The notes: generated by a model from the letters alone, not told the origin. A DNA stretch of 64,000 nt from Eubacteriales bacterium (GCA_045597125.1 JAZODR010000038.1:24096-88095), one strand, 5' to 3'. Positions 9,744 through 20,807 are shown, counted from the stretch's first letter. Numbers and translations are program-made.

Positions 9744-10266
9744 AGAATCACTTTTGTCCATTGTAGAAATTGCCCTTTTCGCCATGCTGGGTGCCTTGAT
9801 GTTTGGTGCACAGGTAGTAATGGAGGTCTTTCCAAACGTTCACCTGTCCGGAATGTTTGTGATTCTTTATACCGTTCTCTTTCGAAAAAAAGCGCTGATT
9901 CCAATTTATCTCTACATATTTCTCATAGGAGTTCGCTGGGGCTTTGGTCCGGCTTGGATTCCATATTTGTATTTGTGGCTGATTTTGTGGGCCATGGTGA
10001 TGCTGATTCCGCCAAAAACACCCGTCAAATGGAAAATGATACTTTATCCTCTTTTGGGCGGTCTCTTTGGTCTTTCCTTCGGTACTCTTTACGCCCCCGC
10101 TCAAGCTTTGCTTTTCGGTTTGAATTTTAAGCAGACGCTTTTATGGATTGCCGCGGGCTTTACTTGGGATATCGTTCATGCTGTGGGAAACGCGGTATTT
10201 TCAACTCTTGTGGTGCCTCTTTCCGAAGCGTTGAGCGGTGTACTAAAAAGAGCCGAAATTAAATAA
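9733..10266 (+). CDS. ECF transporter S-component (CbrT-like, cobalamin)
   Basis: Small multi-TM protein with FPNV and DIVHAVGN motifs, coupled to the DUF4430 gene under the riboswitch. Confidence 0.75.
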   Translation: MQNKESLLSIVEIALFAMLGALMFGAQVVMEVFPNVHLSGMFVILYTVLFRKKALIPIYLYIFLIGVRWGFGPAWIPYLYLWLILWAMVMLIPPKTPVKWKMILYPLLGGLFGLSFGTLYAPAQALLFGLNFKQTLLWIAAGFTWDIVHAVGNAVFSTLVVPLSEALSGVLKRAEIK

Positions 10267-10294
10267 AAAATCCTCCCATTTGGGAGGATTTTTT
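10265..10294. terminator. bidirectional intrinsic terminator
   Basis: AAAAAATCCTCCCA/TGGGAGGATTTTTT. Confidence 0.85.
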
Positions 10295-10301
10295 CTGTTG
10301 T

Positions 10302-12260
10302 TTAACCTTCGTTCCCTGCTTGAAGGACGAATTTTGAGGGTTTTGCCACTATTTGGATATAGGATTTGGTTGCTTGATAGTGGTCGTAGTAACGCTCGAT
10401 TTCAATTTCGTACTTGCCAAATTCCGCAAAGAATTCTTGAGCAATTTCTAAAGCTAAGGCATTGTGACCTACGCATTTTTCTTTCATAAAGTCTGCCAGT
10501 CCTTGACAGAATTCTGCGTGTTTGAGAAGCAGTCTCCAGGAAACGGTCTGAGGACGGGTAGGCATAGTCATATGTTTTGCAGCCAACGAGCGGCACTCGG
10601 CGGTAATCTCATAGACATCTTCAAAAGATTTCTTGCGCTCCGGATCAAAGCGGAGGGAAACGGCTTTGTCTTTGGATTTTTCTCCAGCCATAAAGGAGAA
10701 TTCAAAGGTGCTTGATATTTTCTGCAGATAGTCCATCGCTTCTTTCCAATCTTCTCCGTAAATATGAGAGAAGTAGTCTTCAACGATTTCTTCAAAGGTA
10801 ATATTTTCGTTTAATAAAGCTTCTGCATAAACGTAGATAGCAAGACCATTGGGCCAAAAACTTCTTTGAGAGCCGTCTTCCACAAAGCCGTCAAGCCCCA
10901 TATACTTTAGACCGCGGATATCTTCAAAAATTCTGCGGGCAATATAGAGTCCGCTGGGGTCCATATACTGGTGACGCCAGAAGTGATACTCGTAGGAGAA
11001 GCAGGGGCCGTTCCAAATCTCTTGCCAACTCTTGAGAAATACCAAATTTTCTTCGGCTCCCACAGGCGTTTTCCAAGCGTTGCGCACGTAATCCTGCAGA
11101 GGAGGAAGTTTGCTGTCAGATGTAATGCTTTCGGAATAGGTGCGGGTAATGGGTGCATAAAGCAGAGAGAAACGCTTGGGATTGTTGATTTTTACGTGCT
11201 CGGGAGCAAAGAGGGTGTCGTAGTATGCAATGAATACGATGCGGGTATCCAGTCCTTTTGCAGAAAGAGCCTCATCTGCTTCATTCATAATCATAAGGTA
11301 GTAGTCCGATGGACGCATTTTTTGACACTCTGCGCATTCGCAATGATTAGAGTAGTAGTCTGCCAACCATACGTGAAGGTAAGTTACGTTTTTGTGTTTT
11401 TCGGCATAATCTGCGATGGCATTTGCCATAATGGTACGCACTTCGGGATTAGACATGCACAAATTGGTGTTGAGGCAAACTCCGCGAAACGGAGCGCGTA
11501 CGCCGTCAAGTTCAGCTAAATAGCTGCGCTGTTTATCGGTAAGATTTAGAGAATTGTTTGCTTTCCAACCGACAGTAGAGGAAAGTCCATAGGGCTCCGC
11601 AGTCCAGCCGTGACCCATATCGTGGAACTGCAGACCACGTTTTGCAATCTCTACTTCACATTGCCTTTTCCATTGCTTAACAAGCTCAGGAGATACTTTT
11701 TCGGGGATGCGGTGCTTTTTATTGTGGACATGGTCGTAGTAGGAATTATAGTAGTAGAAGGGATTGTCAAACTCAATCATATAAATATTGATTTCTTGCT
11801 TTGCATAAAAATCAATGGTCTCTAGCATACATTGCTGGCTTTCTGCACCCTCATTGCAATGACCGCGGAATCGGTGGTCTGCTTTCTTGTGATACTTCTG
11901 AGGAGTAATATCCTTCATCGGAATAAATTCTCCATCAATGCCGGGGTAGAGCCAGCGACATCCGTTCAATCGCAGGAAACGATAAACCGCAAAGAGAATG
12001 CTTCTTTGGTTAGAACCTGCAAGAATTCCTCCGTTTTCATCGGTATCAATGTGGACTACGTCGTCGAGAACGGGGTCCTTGGCTTCATTTTCGAGAGCGA
12101 AATCTTCTAAAAGTCCAAGACGAAAGCCGTCTTTTGCCTGAGGATCATAGGTGATTGCAATGTCTCCGCATTCCGGCATCATCATGCGTAGATATTTTTT
12201 GAGTTCTTCTGCGGCAAAATCAATTACATGATCGGCACGAATTTTCTTGATTTCGTACAT
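10302..12260 (-). CDS. DUF4838-domain protein (glycoside-hydrolase-like)
   Basis: N-terminal FAAEELKKYL..ILAGSNQRSILFAVY..GCRW, with LCMSNP and CECAEC motifs. Confidence 0.7.
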   Translation of the reverse strand: MYEIKKIRADHVIDFAAEELKKYLRMMMPECGDIAITYDPQAKDGFRLGLLEDFALENEAKDPVLDDVVHIDTDENGGILAGSNQRSILFAVYRFLRLNGCRWLYPGIDGEFIPMKDITPQKYHKKADHRFRGHCNEGAESQQCMLETIDFYAKQEINIYMIEFDNPFYYYNSYYDHVHNKKHRIPEKVSPELVKQWKRQCEVEIAKRGLQFHDMGHGWTAEPYGLSSTVGWKANNSLNLTDKQRSYLAELDGVRAPFRGVCLNTNLCMSNPEVRTIMANAIADYAEKHKNVTYLHVWLADYYSNHCECAECQKMRPSDYYLMIMNEADEALSAKGLDTRIVFIAYYDTLFAPEHVKINNPKRFSLLYAPITRTYSESITSDSKLPPLQDYVRNAWKTPVGAEENLVFLKSWQEIWNGPCFSYEYHFWRHQYMDPSGLYIARRIFEDIRGLKYMGLDGFVEDGSQRSFWPNGLAIYVYAEALLNENITFEEIVEDYFSHIYGEDWKEAMDYLQKISSTFEFSFMAGEKSKDKAVSLRFDPERKKSFEDVYEITAECRSLAAKHMTMPTRPQTVSWRLLLKHAEFCQGLADFMKEKCVGHNALALEIAQEFFAEFGKYEIEIERYYDHYQATKSYIQIVAKPSKFVLQAGNEG

Positions 12261-12426
12261 AACTTACCTCTTTCTTTTTTATATCACTATTAAGAGTCTT
12301 GATGACTAATTTTAGCATATGCTCCCATCGAATACAAGAGGAATTTAAGATTTTCTTACAAATTTCTATTGAAAATAAGAGAAATTTGTAGTAACATATT
12401 GATGTTTCAAAAAAAAGGAGAACCAA

Positions 12427-13233
12427 ATGATTGGAAACTACCAAGTAATAGATGCACATTGTCATATTTATCCTGAGAAAATCGCCGCTCGCGCTTGCCA
12501 AGGGACAGACCGTTTTTACGGAACCCGCGCCGCTTGTGACGGAACTACCTCGGGGCTGAAGGAAATTCTTGCTGATGGTAGGATTGACCGCTTTTTGGTA
12601 CATTCCGTTGCTACTACCCCTCATCAGGTTCGCTCCATAAACGACTTTATTTCTGCGGAGGTTTCTGCCCATCCCGATATTTTCTTTGGATTTGGCACTC
12701 TGCACCCTGATAGCTACGATCTTGCGGGGGATTTTCAGCATCTTTTGGAACTGGGTCTGAAAGGGGTCAAGCTACATCCCGATATCCAGGCTTTTAAGCT
12801 GGATGATTTTAGATGCTTGAAAATTTTTGAACTTTGCGAGAGGGCAGAGGTTCCCGTTTTGATCCATACAGGTGATTATCGTTACGATTTTTCCAATCCC
12901 AATCGTCTGCTTCCCATTTTGGATATTTACGAAAATCTTACCGTTATCGGCGCCCATCTGGCGGGCTGGTCTGTGTGGCAAGAGGCTTTTGAAAAATTGT
13001 CCCATAAGTTAAATCTCTACGTAGATTGCTCTTCTACTTTCCCGTTTTATGATAAGGAGAAGGCCAGAGATTTAATCTGCCGCTGGGGTTTTGATCGAGT
13101 GCTTTTCGGCTCGGATTATCCTATGTGGAATCCTATCTCTGAACTGGAAACCTTTTTATCTTTGGATCTGGGGGATGAAGCCAATCGAAAAATTTTGGGT
13201 GAAAATGCTAAAAAATTGTTTGGTCTGGAGTAA
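12427..13233 (+). CDS. amidohydrolase family protein
   Basis: IDAHCH, GVKLHP, IHTG, AHLAG and FGSDYP motifs. Confidence 0.88.
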   Translation: MIGNYQVIDAHCHIYPEKIAARACQGTDRFYGTRAACDGTTSGLKEILADGRIDRFLVHSVATTPHQVRSINDFISAEVSAHPDIFFGFGTLHPDSYDLAGDFQHLLELGLKGVKLHPDIQAFKLDDFRCLKIFELCERAEVPVLIHTGDYRYDFSNPNRLLPILDIYENLTVIGAHLAGWSVWQEAFEKLSHKLNLYVDCSSTFPFYDKEKARDLICRWGFDRVLFGSDYPMWNPISELETFLSLDLGDEANRKILGENAKKLFGLE

Positions 13234-13239
13234 AAGAGT

Positions 13240-14040
13240 GTGATGCAGTACGCGAATATTCATACCCATACTACCTTTTCTGATGGTAAAAATACCCCTG
13301 AGGAGATGGTTCAAAAAGCCATTGAGCTTGGGTTTTCCTCCATCGGTATTTCCGATCACAGCGAAACTGATTTTGATTTGTCCTATTGTATGGTATCCTC
13401 GGATTATGAGGATTATCGTAAGACCGTTGGCGGATTAAAAGAAGTATATGGAGATCGAATCGACGTTTTTTGCGGCATTGAACAGGATTTTCATTCGTCT
13501 TTTTCTTGCGATGGCTTTGATTACGCCATTGGATCCGTGCACTATATCCTTTCCGAGGGTGAATATTTCCCCGTGGATATAAGCCTTAATAAGCAAATGG
13601 ATCATATTGAGCGTCATTTTGGCGGCGATAAAATGGAATATGCCCGTTTTTATTACGATACTGTTGCGGAGAGTGCAATACGCGGCGGTTTTGAGGTGCT
13701 TGGCCATTTTGATCTTGTGAACAAATTTGGTCTTTTTTCCGATAGCACCGAGGCATATAAAACAATTGCCTTGCAGACTCTGGATACCGTTCTTGCACAA
13801 ATCCCCTATATCGAGATGAATACCGGTGCGATTTCCCGCGGTTATTCCACGGTTTACCCTAATGATTTCTTGCTTCGTTACATTCATAAAAAAGGAGGCA
13901 GGATCGTTCTTAACGGGGATTCTCACAGTGCCGCTTTTTTAGATAGCCATTTTGAGAAATCTCTTGCGGTCTTGAAAGAAATTGGTTTTTCCTCGGTTTG
14001 GCAACTGCGAAAGCGAGGCTGGATAGAAGTTATGATTTAA
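13240..14040 (+). CDS. PHP-family phosphatase (histidinol-phosphatase HisJ-like)
   Basis: HTHTTFSDG, GISDH, IGSVH, GHFDL and GDSH motifs. Confidence 0.85.
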   Translation: MMQYANIHTHTTFSDGKNTPEEMVQKAIELGFSSIGISDHSETDFDLSYCMVSSDYEDYRKTVGGLKEVYGDRIDVFCGIEQDFHSSFSCDGFDYAIGSVHYILSEGEYFPVDISLNKQMDHIERHFGGDKMEYARFYYDTVAESAIRGGFEVLGHFDLVNKFGLFSDSTEAYKTIALQTLDTVLAQIPYIEMNTGAISRGYSTVYPNDFLLRYIHKKGGRIVLNGDSHSAAFLDSHFEKSLAVLKEIGFSSVWQLRKRGWIEVMI

Positions 14041-14054
14041 ATGGAGGTAGTTTT

Positions 14055-14921
14055 ATGGCAAAAATTGTTCATCTTCAATATCCCGGGGGCAAAAGCAAGG
14101 CATTTACCATCAGCTACGATGACGGTGTTAGGTGCGACCTTCAGCTTGTAAATTTGATGCGTAAATACGGAATTCGAGGCACCTTTAATGTCAATTCCTG
14201 CGGAATTTTTGCTGATGCGAAGAAAAATGAAGCACGCAAACACCCGAAGTTTAATCAAAAAGAAATTTGCGAATTTTATCAAGAGAATCGGGATTTGATT
14301 GAGATTGCCGCTCACGGTGCCACCCACGGTTATTACCCTCTTACGGCACAGGATGTGACTGCTTGGGATATCCTTTCCGATCGTAAAAATATTGAATCCC
14401 TTTTGGGCGTACAATGCCGCGGCTTTGCTTATCCCTTTGGCCCTACCGATGAGAAAACCGTAGAAGCATTGAAGGTGTGCGGTTTCCGATATGCCAGAGT
14501 GACGCAAAGTACCCATCAATTCTCTTTGCCCGAGGATCCGTATCGCTGGAGATGCACTGCAACACATTCTTATCCTGCTTTGATGGAGGATGCACATGCC
14601 TTTTTGGAAGTGCCCAGAAAATACGGCAAGGTGCCGAATCTGTTCTCCGTTTGGGGACATAGCTACGAATTTGTCGATGCTGACAACTGGAATGTGATCG
14701 AGGAGCTTTTTGCCTATATCGGGGGAAGAGAAGACATCTGGTATTGTACCAATATTGAGTTTTTCAATCTTTTGAGGGCATACAGAAGCCTTGAGTATTT
14801 TGTAGATCAGAGCAAGGTTTATAATCCCACCGCGATTCCCGTTGAGCTATCCGTGTTCCACAGTGCTGAGGATTGGCGAAGTGTTATCGTACAACCCGGC
14901 GAGACTGTCGATTTAGATTAA
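14055..14921 (+). CDS. polysaccharide deacetylase family protein
   Basis: [20 protein letters not shown] and WGHSYE motifs. Start moved to the ATG following a GGAGG SD. Confidence 0.85.
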   Translation: MAKIVHLQYPGGKSKAFTISYDDGVRCDLQLVNLMRKYGIRGTFNVNSCGIFADAKKNEARKHPKFNQKEICEFYQENRDLIEIAAHGATHGYYPLTAQDVTAWDILSDRKNIESLLGVQCRGFAYPFGPTDEKTVEALKVCGFRYARVTQSTHQFSLPEDPYRWRCTATHSYPALMEDAHAFLEVPRKYGKVPNLFSVWGHSYEFVDADNWNVIEELFAYIGGREDIWYCTNIEFFNLLRAYRSLEYFVDQSKVYNPTAIPVELSVFHSAEDWRSVIVQPGETVDLD

Positions 14922-14946
14922 GATTTTAGAAAAGGAGAATATAGAT

Positions 14947-16188
14947 ATGAATTTTTTTGATGAATTGAAGCAGTATGACCAGGAGCTTTTTGCAGCTTGT
15001 GACCGTGAACTTACCCGTCAAAGACACAACATTGAGCTGATTGCCTCCGAGAATATCGTTTCCAAGGCGGTTCTTCTGGCTGCAGGAACCGTTTTGACCA
15101 ATAAGTATGCCGAGGGATATCCCGCCAAGCGTTATTACGGTGGATGTGAGCATATTGACGAGGTGGAAACTCTTGCCATTGAGCGAGCAAAGAAGCTCTT
15201 CGGTGCAGATCATGCTAATGTTCAGCCTCATTGTGGTGCTTCTGCAAACCTTGCCGTATTTCTTGCGCTGGTTCAGCCAGGCGAGACCGTTATGGGTCTT
15301 TCTCTTGCTCACGGAGGACATCTTTCCCACGGTTCTCCTGCAAATATTTCCGGCAAGTATTACAATATCGTATCTTACGGTGTGGATGAAAAGAGCGAGG
15401 TTCTGGATTATGAAGCTATCCGTGCAATGGCACTGGAATGCAAGCCCAAGATGATCATTGCAGGTGCGTCTGCCTACTCTCGTACCATTGATTTTGAGAA
15501 GCTCGGTCAGATCGCCAAGGAAGTGGGCGCATACTATATGGTGGATATGGCGCACATTGCAGGTCTTGTTGCTGCAGGGCTTCATCCTTCTCCTGTGCCT
15601 TTCGCTGACGTGGTTACCACCACTACCCACAAGACTCTCCGCGGTCCTCGCGGTGGATTGATCCTGTGCAAGGAAGAACTTGCCAAGACCATTGATAAGG
15701 CGGTATTCCCCGGTCTTCAGGGCGGTCCTTTGGAGCATATTATTGCCGCAAAGGCAGTCTCTTTTGCCGAGGCAATGAAGCCTGAATTTGTAGAATATCA
15801 GAAGAAGGTTGTCGAAAATGCTTCCACCTTGGCTAAGGCCATGGAAAAGGTAGGATTCCGCGTGGTTTCCGGAGGAACGGATAACCATCTGATGCTTATT
15901 GATTTGCGCAACTTCGGTGTTACCGGTAAGGAAATGCAACATCGCCTTGATCAGGTTCATATTACGGTCAATAAGAATGCCATTCCCGATGATCCCGAAA
16001 GCCCATTTGTTACCAGCGGTATCCGTCTTGGTACTCCCGCTGTAACCACTCGTGGTTTTGGTGTTGAGGAAATGGAGAAGATTGCTCATTGGATTTGTGA
16101 TATTGCTACCGATTTTGAAGGAAATCGCGAAAGAGTTTCCGCCGAGGTTATGGCACTTTGTGAGAAATTCCCCATTTACGAGGACTGA
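14947..16188 (+). CDS. glyA: serine hydroxymethyltransferase
   Basis: [14 protein letters not shown] and [13 protein letters not shown] motifs. Confidence 0.98.
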   Translation: MNFFDELKQYDQELFAACDRELTRQRHNIELIASENIVSKAVLLAAGTVLTNKYAEGYPAKRYYGGCEHIDEVETLAIERAKKLFGADHANVQPHCGASANLAVFLALVQPGETVMGLSLAHGGHLSHGSPANISGKYYNIVSYGVDEKSEVLDYEAIRAMALECKPKMIIAGASAYSRTIDFEKLGQIAKEVGAYYMVDMAHIAGLVAAGLHPSPVPFADVVTTTTHKTLRGPRGGLILCKEELAKTIDKAVFPGLQGGPLEHIIAAKAVSFAEAMKPEFVEYQKKVVENASTLAKAMEKVGFRVVSGGTDNHLMLIDLRNFGVTGKEMQHRLDQVHITVNKNAIPDDPESPFVTSGIRLGTPAVTTRGFGVEEMEKIAHWICDIATDFEGNRERVSAEVMALCEKFPIYED

Positions 16189-16189
16189 T

Positions 16190-16762
16190 ATGAAATTGAT
16201 CATTGCTTCCGGCAATAGCGGAAAGCTTCGTGAGATTCGTACCATTTTGGGCGATAAATTCGATGAGATTGTTTCTATGAAGGAAGCGGGTATTGACCAT
16301 GAAACCGTGGAGGATGGTGCTACCTTCTTGGAAAACGCGCAGAAAAAAGCGCGTGAAATTGCCGAAATTTCCGGCTGTGCTGCTCTGGCGGATGATAGTG
16401 GTATTTGTGTGGATGCCCTCGGCGGAGCTCCCGGTATCTATTCTGCAAGATTTTGCGGCAGACATGGCGACGATGAGGCCAACAACCGTCTTTTAATCGA
16501 AAAATTGCACGATGTGCAGCAGCGTACTGCTCATTATGCTTGTGCAGTTTCTCTGGCTTTTCCTGATGGCTCGGAGCTTCATGCCGAAGGCTTTCTTTAT
16601 GGCGAAATTGTTGATGAGCCTTGTGGCAGCGGCGGATTTGGCTATGACCCCTACTTTTATCTACCAGCCTATGGTTGTACCGCTGCTGAGCTTTCTGCTG
16701 AAGAAAAAAATAAAATCAGTCATAGAGCAGAGGCTTTGAAAAAATTATTAAAGCTTTTGTAA
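16190..16762 (+). CDS. rdgB: non-canonical purine NTP pyrophosphatase
   Basis: ASGNSGK, ADDSG, PGIYSAR, GFGYDP and SHR motifs. Start corrected to 16190. Confidence 0.95.
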   Translation: MKLIIASGNSGKLREIRTILGDKFDEIVSMKEAGIDHETVEDGATFLENAQKKAREIAEISGCAALADDSGICVDALGGAPGIYSARFCGRHGDDEANNRLLIEKLHDVQQRTAHYACAVSLAFPDGSELHAEGFLYGEIVDEPCGSGGFGYDPYFYLPAYGCTAAELSAEEKNKISHRAEALKKLLKLL

Positions 16763-16770
16763 AGAGCGTG

Positions 16771-16808
16771 AAAAAAGGAACTGTTTCCTAGAAACAGTTC
16801 CTTTTTTT
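16771..16808. terminator. bidirectional intrinsic terminator
   Basis: AAAAAAGGAACTGTTTC-CTA-GAAACAGTTCCTTTTTTT. Confidence 0.9.
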
Positions 16809-18470
16809 CTATGCTTTCAGAAGATGTACTTTAATCAAAAGGTTTAAGATGGTTTTTCCTTTGGGAAGTTGTAGAACGTCTTCTTTCTTAAACCCGCCGC
16901 AACGGAAGAGGATAATCATGTAAACGGGTGCAGCGCATAGGATTCCGATTAGGGTTGCAAGACTTGCAGAGAAGGGAGCAAGGAGCAAATAAACTCCGCC
17001 TGCCGTAGCTCCGCAAACTGCGGCGGCAATCAGAGGAATCATAAGCGTTTTTTTAAAATCCAGTCGATAATGCAGAAAGTGCGACAAGAAAAACATATTA
17101 AACACAAACATTACCAGATAACAAAGCAGGGTAGAAAGGGGGATTCCCAGATGCCCGATTTGCGGGATTCCGATGAGGATCCAAATGGTAAGTGCTTTGG
17201 TAATAACACCGCAGCAGGTGGAGAGAATGCTCTTTCTTTCGTGTCCGCTTGCTTGCAGGACGGCGGCGCTGACGGTGATCAGTCCCGAAAAAGCAATGGC
17301 GGGAGCGATTATGGTAAGCATCGTACCTGCCACATCATTGGAAAAGAATGCAGTACCTGCAGAATTGGTAAAGATTTCGCTATTTCCCGAGAACAAAAGA
17401 TGGACGATAGGCTTTGCCATGATGCCAATGCCGAAAGCGCATGGCAGACAGATTGCGCCTACAATACGGAAAGTGAAATCAATGGTCTTCTTTAATTCTT
17501 CAATATTGCCTTTTGCACCTGCACCGGAGATGGCGGGAATGATACTAATGGCAAAGGGCTGAACGATGGTGGTGGGGAGATTGAAGAGGGTAATGGATTT
17601 TGCCATATAGGCACCGTAAATCGCCATTGCAAGTTCACTTATATTGCCTGAAAAATAACTGATACCCACACAAGCTTCGTTGAGGCGTTTGACAGCCAGC
17701 ATAGAGTCGATAACGCTGGTCATGCTCATAATACTGGAGGAAATGGTAATGGGGATGGCGATGGCAATCAATTCCTTGGCAATGGATTTTCCCGAGCGAG
17801 GATGATCGGTAAGACCAACCTGGCGATCCCGCTTTGCAACGGCCTTTGCGAAGGTCATATACAGGGCAGAAAGAATCACGCCTAAGGTAACACCGCTGAG
17901 AGCAAAAGAAGCTACAACGGGTGCGCTGTACCCTTGGCGGTTTGCAAAAATACCTGCAAACAAACCAAGTCCCAGCTTTCCCATCACCTCGATTACCTGT
18001 GAGACCGCGGTGGGAATCATATTCTGATTTCCTTGAAAATATCCGCGAATGCAGGATACCAAACAAATGAAGAACATAATGGGGGAAATGGTGCGGATAC
18101 AAATGGAAAGCTCATGGCTTTGCGTAATGTCTGCTAAAGTGTTTGCACCAAAAAACAGAATGCCCGTTCCCAAAAGTCCAATGGCTACAAAGATCAATAG
18201 GCTGACTCGATAAATCTGTTCTGCTTCACCCTGCTTTTTCTTGGCGAGGGCGGAGGAGACCATACGGGAAATGGCAACCGGAAGACCCGCGGTAGAAATG
18301 AGAAAGCAAACGGAGTAAATAGAATAGGCAGAGCCGAAATATCCCATTGCAGCATCGCCAATTACATTGGAAAGGGGGATTTTGAAAAGCGCACCTGCGA
18401 CTTTGACAATGATGTTGGAAAGCATCAGAATTAAAGCGCCGTGAACGAAATTTTGCTTTTTTTGTGACAT
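16809..18470 (-). CDS. MOP-superfamily flippase (SpoVB/YtgP/MurJ-like)
   Basis: GALIL..KVAGALFKIPL, GLPVAISR and RGYFQG..MIPTAVSQVIE motifs, with many TM segments. Confidence 0.88.
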   Translation of the reverse strand: MSQKKQNFVHGALILMLSNIIVKVAGALFKIPLSNVIGDAAMGYFGSAYSIYSVCFLISTAGLPVAISRMVSSALAKKKQGEAEQIYRVSLLIFVAIGLLGTGILFFGANTLADITQSHELSICIRTISPIMFFICLVSCIRGYFQGNQNMIPTAVSQVIEVMGKLGLGLFAGIFANRQGYSAPVVASFALSGVTLGVILSALYMTFAKAVAKRDRQVGLTDHPRSGKSIAKELIAIAIPITISSSIMSMTSVIDSMLAVKRLNEACVGISYFSGNISELAMAIYGAYMAKSITLFNLPTTIVQPFAISIIPAISGAGAKGNIEELKKTIDFTFRIVGAICLPCAFGIGIMAKPIVHLLFSGNSEIFTNSAGTAFFSNDVAGTMLTIIAPAIAFSGLITVSAAVLQASGHERKSILSTCCGVITKALTIWILIGIPQIGHLGIPLSTLLCYLVMFVFNMFFLSHFLHYRLDFKKTLMIPLIAAAVCGATAGGVYLLLAPFSASLATLIGILCAAPVYMIILFRCGGFKKEDVLQLPKGKTILNLLIKVHLLKA

Positions 18471-18479
18471 AATGTCTCC

Positions 18480-19382
18480 TTAATCAAGAAATTCCTTTAA
18501 AACAGAGCCTTGCGGTACCAAGGATTCGGGTAGGGATGGGAAGAATTGCAGATCTTTTAAAATACGCCTTGCCCTTGGGTAAAGACGGCTTTCTTCCGTT
18601 ACCGTCTTTAATAGGTCTATAACCTCTTCTTTTTCAACTGAGATTTCGTAAGAGAAGCTGGAGGATATGGTGTAAAAAGCATTTTTGCGAAATGGGTGTA
18701 AGATCTCTTTTTCCGCTTCAACAACGTTTTCCCAAAGTTTTTCTGTCAGCTCGGGTGAAGCTCCTCGGTGCTTGTAATCGCGGATTAGTCTTCTGCAAAA
18801 GCGGATACGCTCGGGGGAAAATACCCCGCCTCCTACTCTGCTTTGGACGGATTTTGTTACGTCCAAATAAAAACAAAGATAGGGCTCATTTTTTGGCATT
18901 CCCTCAAGAATTACGTCGTTAAGCGCATGAATTCCTTCCAAAAGAAAGACATCGTAATGCTCGGGAGAGATCATTTGTGTACATAGAATGCGCTTTCCGC
19001 TGATAAAATCATAACCCGGCAAGGGGGTTCTGCTTGAACGGCTTAAGCTTTGAAGCGTTTCTATGATTAAAGCGGAATCCGTGTGGGAAAATGCATCGTA
19101 GTTGGGCTCTCCGTCTTCATTTTTCGGTGCATATTCCTTATCAAAGAAAAAATCGTCGGTGGAAAAGGCGAGAACCTTCTTGCCTTCCTGTTCCAAGGCT
19201 TTGCTCAGACAGTATGCGGTGGTGGATTTTCCGCTGCAGCTGGGACCTGCCAAAAAAACGAATCGAACCTTTTTTTCCACAATGCTTTGAGCGGCAAAGC
19301 GGATTTGTTCTTTGTATTTTTCTTCTTCACACCGGATCAAGTCCGTTGCAGATAATAAATCTTCCGCTTGGAAAATCAACAT
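18480..19382 (-). CDS. nucleoside (uridine) kinase family protein
   Basis: AGPSCSGKST, DDFF, EGIHALN and RRLIRD motifs. Confidence 0.85.
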   Translation of the reverse strand: MLIFQAEDLLSATDLIRCEEEKYKEQIRFAAQSIVEKKVRFVFLAGPSCSGKSTTAYCLSKALEQEGKKVLAFSTDDFFFDKEYAPKNEDGEPNYDAFSHTDSALIIETLQSLSRSSRTPLPGYDFISGKRILCTQMISPEHYDVFLLEGIHALNDVILEGMPKNEPYLCFYLDVTKSVQSRVGGGVFSPERIRFCRRLIRDYKHRGASPELTEKLWENVVEAEKEILHPFRKNAFYTISSSFSYEISVEKEEVIDLLKTVTEESRLYPRARRILKDLQFFPSLPESLVPQGSVLKEFLD

Positions 19383-19396
19383 AGCGGCTTTCTCCT

Positions 19397-20806
19397 TTAT
19401 AAATGCTTGCGCATATCATTCAATCGTTTATCAAGCTCTTCGGGATGAGCAAGGTATTCAAAGGGGTATTTGAATCCGGGAAAACGGTGAATGCGATCTT
19501 CCTTTGCCTTTGGCAAAAGTTTTCCGATTCCTCCTGCGCCGCAGGCAAAAATATCGCATAAATCTTCCATCATAGCAAGATTGTAAATACCTAAGGAGCC
19601 ACATTTGGCAAAGCCTGTGTTTTCCAAATCGGCAGCGGAATTTTTTTGCCTGTATAAATAATATGGTTTCAGGCCGTCATTTATACAAATCTTGTGCGCC
19701 TGTGCCATAGCATCTTGCCATGATTTTATTTCTTCAGGTAAACGAGCGCCTGTGGCGGCGCGTTTTCGGCATAGAGCGTGAAGGGTGATTTCTTGCGGGG
19801 AAAGCATAAGTACTTCTTTTAAGGAATCGAGAAAATCCTCAGGCGATTCTCCTTCCAATCCCGCAATCAAATCGCAGTTGACGGAAGAAAAATTATAGGC
19901 TTTGGCAAGTTCCATTGCGCGGTAAAATTCTTTCGTGGTGTGACTGCGCCCAATGCGGCTAAGAGTCCGGTCTTTCATTGTCTGTGGATTGATGCTGATG
20001 CGCTCTACTCCAAGCTTTTTCAGTACGGCAAGTTTTTCTTTTGTCACCGTGTCGGGTCTTCCTATTTCTACGGAAAATTCTCTTAAAAAGGAAGTGTCAA
20101 AGAATTTATGTACTGTGGTTAATACCGCTTCCATTTGAGAATCAGAGAGGATTCCCGGCGTACCCCCGCCCATATATACGGCGGAAAGTTTGCGCCCTGC
20201 TTCTTGCATCAGCGCGGCGGTCTTGCGAATCTCCACTTGCATTTTTTCTATATATTGTGGAATCAGAGCAAGATGTGCGGGTGCCGCAGAGGAGATAAAA
20301 GAACAGTAACTGCATCGAGTGGGGCAAAAAGGAATGGAAAGGTAAAGCATTGCATCATTTTTGGAAAGAGTCCTTTCAAAGGAAAGCTCGGTTTCACAAA
20401 GTTTAAGCAAAAGCTCTGCTTTTTCTTCGGAAACCAAAAATTCTTCTCGCAAAATGTACTTTGTTTCTTGTGTGTTAAATCCGTTTTTGCGGTAAAATAC
20501 AGGAACCTTTACGGGACGAACTCCAAACAAAAGCCCGTAAGGAGGAATATAATCGGTAAAAGCTTTTGCGGCTTGTGCAAAAGCTTGTGCGAAAGCGATA
20601 TTCTCCGCCCGTGAAAATTCTTTGTGAACAGCAAGATTTATGGTGGCAAAGCCTTCTTTTGTTCGTTTATTCTTTATCGAAACGGTAACGTTGGCATCAT
20701 CTGACGTTGCGCAGATCGTAAAATCTTCTGCTTGTTCATGAAAAAAGAGTGTTGCCAGATGGTATAAATTCAGGCGTTTTGCCTCGGTAGCGGCTTGAAT
20801 CTCCAT
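19397..20806 (-). CDS. hemZ: HemZ-like radical SAM protein
   Basis: GVRPVK, IPFCPTRCSYCSF, YMGGGTP, GRPDT and PYYLYRQK motifs. Syntenic with rel-dtd. Confidence 0.9.
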   Translation of the reverse strand: MEIQAATEAKRLNLYHLATLFFHEQAEDFTICATSDDANVTVSIKNKRTKEGFATINLAVHKEFSRAENIAFAQAFAQAAKAFTDYIPPYGLLFGVRPVKVPVFYRKNGFNTQETKYILREEFLVSEEKAELLLKLCETELSFERTLSKNDAMLYLSIPFCPTRCSYCSFISSAAPAHLALIPQYIEKMQVEIRKTAALMQEAGRKLSAVYMGGGTPGILSDSQMEAVLTTVHKFFDTSFLREFSVEIGRPDTVTKEKLAVLKKLGVERISINPQTMKDRTLSRIGRSHTTKEFYRAMELAKAYNFSSVNCDLIAGLEGESPEDFLDSLKEVLMLSPQEITLHALCRKRAATGARLPEEIKSWQDAMAQAHKICINDGLKPYYLYRQKNSAADLENTGFAKCGSLGIYNLAMMEDLCDIFACGAGGIGKLLPKAKEDRIHRFPGFKYPFEYLAHPEELDKRLNDMRKHL

Positions 20807-20807
20807 A

